NCBI GenBank assembly: GCA_000214015.2
Contig: CAID01000017.2
Coordinates: 49,312-76,124, forward strand
Reading direction: 5' to 3'
Length of the DNA: 26,813 nt
From: Ostreococcus tauri
Lineage: Eukaryota
Position numbers and translations under genes: made by a program. The notes beneath the pieces were generated by a model, which worked only from the letters and a program-made list of their open reading frames with translations, was not told the origin of the DNA and ran no database searches. Positions 24,195 to 26,813 of this stretch are shown here, one piece after another (position 1 is the stretch's first letter; every line of letters begins with the position of its first letter).

Positions 24195-25038
24195 CTAGTC
24201 CCGGTTGGTCTCGCGGCTCTTCGAGGCGCTCAACTCCTCAACCGTCTCCCACGCCACGGCGCAGTCATCGGTGCATTCCTTCGCCGCGGCGAGGGCAGCT
24301 TCCAGCGCCGCTTCGATCTTCGCAACGCGAGCTTGGTTGACCTTCTTGGCAACCTCCTTCACGCCCTTCGCAGCGGCTTCGATCTCCTTCATGGTCTTCT
24401 CATCGACCGAGCCCGCCGCGCGCGCCGCGGCGATCGTAGCCTTGGTGGACTCGATGAACTTCTTATCCGCATCAGAGATCGCGACTTCCTGCATGGAGTC
24501 GTCGCTCGAATCCTTCGTCGCCGCGCTCAGCTCCTCGACGTCGTCCCACAGCACCGCGCAATCGTCCACGCACTGCTCCGCTTCCTTGAGCGCGTCTTGC
24601 AATCGTTCCGACGCGCCTTCGGCCCGAACGACCGTCGAGCGTCGCGCAGCCACCTACATCACGCGTCCGATCCGCGCTTCGTCAGTCTCCGATTCGGGCG
24701 TCCCGCGCCGCGCCCTCGATCGTCCCGCGTCATCCCCGCCGGCGTCCTCCACCCACCGTTCGACCGCGATCCAGCGCGCTCGATCGAGAGCGACGTGACG
24801 CGCGCGCGTTTCACGCCCACGACGCCGCGAACCCATCGACGCGCGCGTCGCGACCGCGGGCGATCGTCCCGATCGCGTCGATGCGCTCTTATCCGATCGC
24901 GCGCGATGATCCCTTCGTCGCGCGCCGCGAACGCGTCCCGCGCGCGCGCGAGCGTCGCGCGAGGTCGTGACGCACCGTGCGCGTCGCCCGGGCGAAGACG
25001 CGCGGGCGGAGGAGAACGTTGAGCGCGGTCGAGGCCAT
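24195..25038 (-). CDS. CP12-like protein with two CxxxC-AWD/E-VEELSA modules; exons 25038..24976 and 24653..24195
   Basis: Exon 2 starts at a GTG directly after a minus-strand TAG acceptor. Exon 1 (MASTALNVLLRPRVFARATRT) supplies an ATG and a transit-like leader, and the junction is phase 0. The two modules are CVDDCAVLWDDVEELSAA and CTDDCAVAWETVEELSAS. Confidence 0.7.
24654..24975 (-). other. Spliceosomal intron (322 nt) of the CP12-like gene
   Basis: Donor GTGCGT, acceptor TAG, and ACTGAC (gtcagt at 24681-24686) 27 nt from the acceptor. Confidence 0.65.
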
Positions 25039-25305
25039 CGTCGCGCGCGAGGTGTGACGCCGACGTGGGCGTGGGTGGTGGGGTTTTTTATCGCCGCGTC
25101 GTGGTCTCGTACTGTGGGTGCGTCGAGGTCGGTGTACGTGGATGATGGGTGTGGTGATCGGACATGTGGGTGGTGCCGCCGAGCCGGACGGGGCGCGGAG
25201 CGGCGAGAGACGCGCGGGACGGCGCGTGGGGGATGGATGCCGCGTCGAGCGCGTGCGTTTGGTTTGGTGACGTGTTGGTTTTACACGCGAGGTGTGTCGA
25301 GAGAC

Positions 25306-26813
25306 TCACGCCTTCTTCTCGATGAGGTACGTCACGGCGGCGACCAAGTCGGCGGCGCGCTTGACGACGGTTTTCTCCATCTCGCTGGCGTACGGTACGG
25401 GGGCGTCTTCCATGCACAAACGCATCACAGGGGCGTCGAGCTCGTCGAATAAGTTCTCGGAGACGATGGCGGAGAGCGTGGCGCCGACACCGCCGGTTCT
25501 GGTGGACTCGTCTAGGATGACGAGCTTGTGCGTGCGCTCGAGCGAGGTCTGGATCGTCTTCCAGTCCACCGGCTTCAGGCACGTGAGCTCGATGAAGTCG
25601 GCGTCGATGCCCTTTTGGGCGAGCTCTGCCATGGCTTCCTCGCACTCCTTCACGCCGTGGAGGTAGGTGACGATGGTAACAGCCTTTTCATTCTTCACCG
25701 CCTCGTCGCTCGCGAGGTGATGGACGGTGGACTTGTGGAGGGGGAGGAAAGAATCAGGGATCACCGGACCGCGAGATTTCATCATCTTCACCGGAAGTAA
25801 GAGCACGCCTGGGCCGTTGTCGCGAATCATAGACTTGGCCAAACCGTACGCCTCCTGAGGCTTACTCGCCGAGCAAATCTTCAGACCCGGGATGCCCATG
25901 ATGTAGGCGTGGAAGGGCTGAGAGTGTTCGGCACCGAGAGATTGGTTCGGGGCCGTACCCCCGGCACCGATGACCGTCATCGGCATCTTGAACTGACCGC
26001 CCGTCGTGGCATACGTGTTTCCGGCGGAGGAGAGCTCCGCCATACCGTAAATACCAAAGTTGGCATTCATGAGCTCAACGATGGGGCGGTAACCATTCAT
26101 CGCCTCGCCAAGCGCCTTACCCATGAAGTGACCCTCGTCGATGATCTCATCCGCCGCACGAAGCGTGCCGAAAGCTTGTTGCGTGTTGGCAGGAATATTG
26201 TAAGATGAACCGGCTTGAAGATCCTCAGCGTGCGCGACTGTCGTTGGGTCACGCAACATCTCCTCGAGAATGGCGAGGTTCACTGCGTCGCCGATGGAAA
26301 TACCTCGCGGATCGGTGCACATCGCGCGGAGCGCCTCGATGCGCGCCTCGAGCAACTTCAGCGTCTCGGCCGGAATGATCTTTTCCGTCACCGTTCGCGC
26401 AGATTCGAGGCCCTCAACCGGTTCACGTGCCGAGTAATCGACAGCCCCGCTCGGATCTGGGTACTCAAGCTCCGCGGCGAGGCCCGGCGGCGGCGGTGGA
26501 GACGCGTCTGCAAACGCGAGCGCGCGTTGCGTCTCAGCCTTGGCGCGCTCTGTCTCCTTCTTGAGATCAATGCGCGCGGCATCGGCGGAATTCTCGAAAA
26601 TCTTAATCGGGTCGCACTCAGCTCGCGCCCAGCGCTTCTCATCCTTGCGGTTGCGCTCGTGTTCCGGGTCTGCCGGTGAATGACCGTTGAAGCGGAACGT
26701 GTGCACTTGCAAAATAGCTGGACCCTTCGTACGCACGTGGTTGATCACAGTGCGACCAACCTTCAGCACATCTTGAACGTTTTGACCATCGACGAGCACG
26801 CCTGGGACGCCGT
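25306..26813 (-). CDS. Fused alpha-beta E1 component of a 2-oxoacid (pyruvate/acetoin-type) dehydrogenase, 5' partial
   Basis: The frame is open to the window end (..GVPGVLVDGQNV...). The E1-alpha C-terminus (HTFRFNGHSPADP) is followed by a linker of about 90 aa and then a complete E1-beta-like region (RAADEIIDEGHFMGKALGEAMNGYRPIVELMNANF..., GAEHSQPFHAYIMGIPGLKI..., IRDNGPGVLLLP, and a C-terminal transketolase-C-like domain). TGA at 25306-25308. Confidence 0.75.
   Translation of the reverse strand, partial: GVPGVLVDGQNVQDVLKVGRTVINHVRTKGPAILQVHTFRFNGHSPADPEHERNRKDEKRWARAECDPIKIFENSADAARIDLKKETERAKAETQRALAFADASPPPPPGLAAELEYPDPSGAVDYSAREPVEGLESARTVTEKIIPAETLKLLEARIEALRAMCTDPRGISIGDAVNLAILEEMLRDPTTVAHAEDLQAGSSYNIPANTQQAFGTLRAADEIIDEGHFMGKALGEAMNGYRPIVELMNANFGIYGMAELSSAGNTYATTGGQFKMPMTVIGAGGTAPNQSLGAEHSQPFHAYIMGIPGLKICSASKPQEAYGLAKSMIRDNGPGVLLLPVKMMKSRGPVIPDSFLPLHKSTVHHLASDEAVKNEKAVTIVTYLHGVKECEEAMAELAQKGIDADFIELTCLKPVDWKTIQTSLERTHKLVILDESTRTGGVGATLSAIVSENLFDELDAPVMRLCMEDAPVPYASEMEKTVVKRAADLVAAVTYLIEKKA

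Noticed and set aside
1-26813. Prokaryotic or operon interpretation of the window (defence islands, mobile elements with RBS-driven genes).
   Set aside because: Three genes only make sense after GT-AG splicing. Presequences, Sec7, ankyrin, OTU and Whirly content, and a Pol III-type tRNA with a 37/38 intron all point to a eukaryotic nuclear genome.

Overview
GC-rich (roughly 65% by eye), very gene-dense eukaryotic nuclear DNA. The gene content includes plant-type ferredoxin, a CP12-like protein, Whirly and organellar bL27 with presequences. Convergent genes have stop codons only 23-85 bp apart, and the few introns are short GT-AG introns. Together these fit a Mamiellophyceae picoalga, probably Micromonas-like; that is an inference I cannot verify here. 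I support 16 protein-coding genes (2 cut by the window edges), 4 spliceosomal introns, one intron-containing tRNA-Gly(GCC) and several tandem repeats. The ORF track translates non-ATG starts as M, so I re-anchored starts to the first in-frame ATG and built spliced models by hand for three genes. The most unusual locus is at 15.3-17.9 kb. It is a single 842-aa ORF joining a GIY-YIG-like nuclease core to nine tandem, near-identical CxxC-x18-21-CxxC zinc modules encoded by a 123-bp DNA repeat, and it sits next to a tRNA-Gly with an 86-nt intron. Other notable items:
- a 68-bp x4.2 tandem repeat filling the whole divergent Whirly/bL27 promoter
- a J-domain::MECR-type enoyl reductase fusion
- a CP12-like protein with a duplicated N-type module and no C-terminal GAPDH-binding motif
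- a fused E1 alpha-beta 2-oxoacid dehydrogenase
- bL27 with a ~170-aa C-terminal extension
- an (ATG)10 tract
All domain assignments are by eye from motifs. No searches or statistics were run.
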